Source of the DNA: Mytilus californianus
Lineage: Eukaryota
Assembly: GCF_021869535.1 (NCBI RefSeq)
Contig: NW_026262743.1
Span: 1 to 64,000, forward strand
Length of the DNA: 64,000 bases
Reading direction: 5' to 3'
Shown here: piece by piece, positions 63,457 to 64,000 of the stretch
How the letters are laid out: each line of letters opens with the position of its first letter
Position numbering within the stretch: position 1 is the first letter of the stretch
Notes under the pieces: model-generated
The model's input: the letters and a program-made list of their open reading frames with translations, nothing else
Told to the model about the DNA's origin: nothing
The model's database searches: none
Translations under genes and position numbers: made by a program

Positions 63457-63730
63457 CACTAGATGTGCATTTCGACAGTACATGTCCCTTTAGTGAATCT
63501 CGAGGGCAAAATATTTGAAAATTCAAAGCAAATTAAAAAGATGAAGAGCTATAAACCAAAAAGGACAAAAAGATCAAAGTCGTGCAAGGAATCAGAGCTT
63601 TGCATGACATCAAATTGTATAAACACAACATCCGTATTCTTGTGCTAGTACCGAAGTACTGGCTACTGGGCTGGTGATGCCCTCAGGGACGAACAGTTCT
63701 TCAGCAGAGGCATCGACCCAGTGGTAGTAA
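63457..63730 (-). mobile_element. Solitary decayed retrozyme monomer with mutated hammerhead
   Basis: Minus strand 63499-63457: GAUUCA CUAAAGG GACA UGUAC UGUC GAAA U GCAC A UC UAGUG. Same stem II arms as the 43-45 kb ribozymes, but the core reads CUAAAGG. Body includes GGCTGGTGATGCCCTCAGGG, like 42640. Confidence 0.7.
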
Positions 63731-64000
63731 TAATATTAACAGTTTAATTTTTTCTTCGGTGGATGTATTTTTTCTATGTTATCAAATTAAATCACTCGTT
63801 TTAACCAAATTATATGAGTTATAACAAGGATATTTAAAGATCAAATGTATCATTTGAATCACCTTATTAACAACGCAATGGTCACTGAGTGAATGGTAAT
63901 ATCGAGACCGAAAGAAAAAAGGAAACAATTATTCATTAATTGACTGTTTTTGTTTTCAGTTTTTCAAACAAATTTATCAGATCAAATTCAATTATGTCGA

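Overview
AT-rich, repeat-dense eukaryotic genomic DNA. The repeat families suggest a bivalve, most likely Mytilus (inference from remembered repeat sequences, not a database search). Most six-frame ORFs are spurious. The main find is a young tandem array at 43336-45254 (about 3.6 units of 520-540 bp). Its minus strand encodes Type I hammerhead ribozymes (CUGAAGA-stem II-GAAA, palindromic stem III, AUA cleavage triplet), making it a non-LTR retrozyme-like array. It sits between (TA)n tracts, next to a perfect 82-bp-arm palindrome, and downstream of about 3.4 kb of decayed older hammerhead repeats. A spliced gene for a single-pass membrane protein with two Ig-like domains and a short tail can be assembled from five plus-strand exons at 54100-63239; its 5' exon was not found. 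The rest is mobile-element debris: CR1/L2-type and Tx1/L1-type LINE remnants, a Penelope-like composite, Academ and hAT transposase pseudogenes, Helentron-type HINEs with internal arrays, MITEs and SINE-like repeats. There is also a near-identical 3.1 kb tandem duplication (2956-9179) and an older ~0.95 kb duplication.
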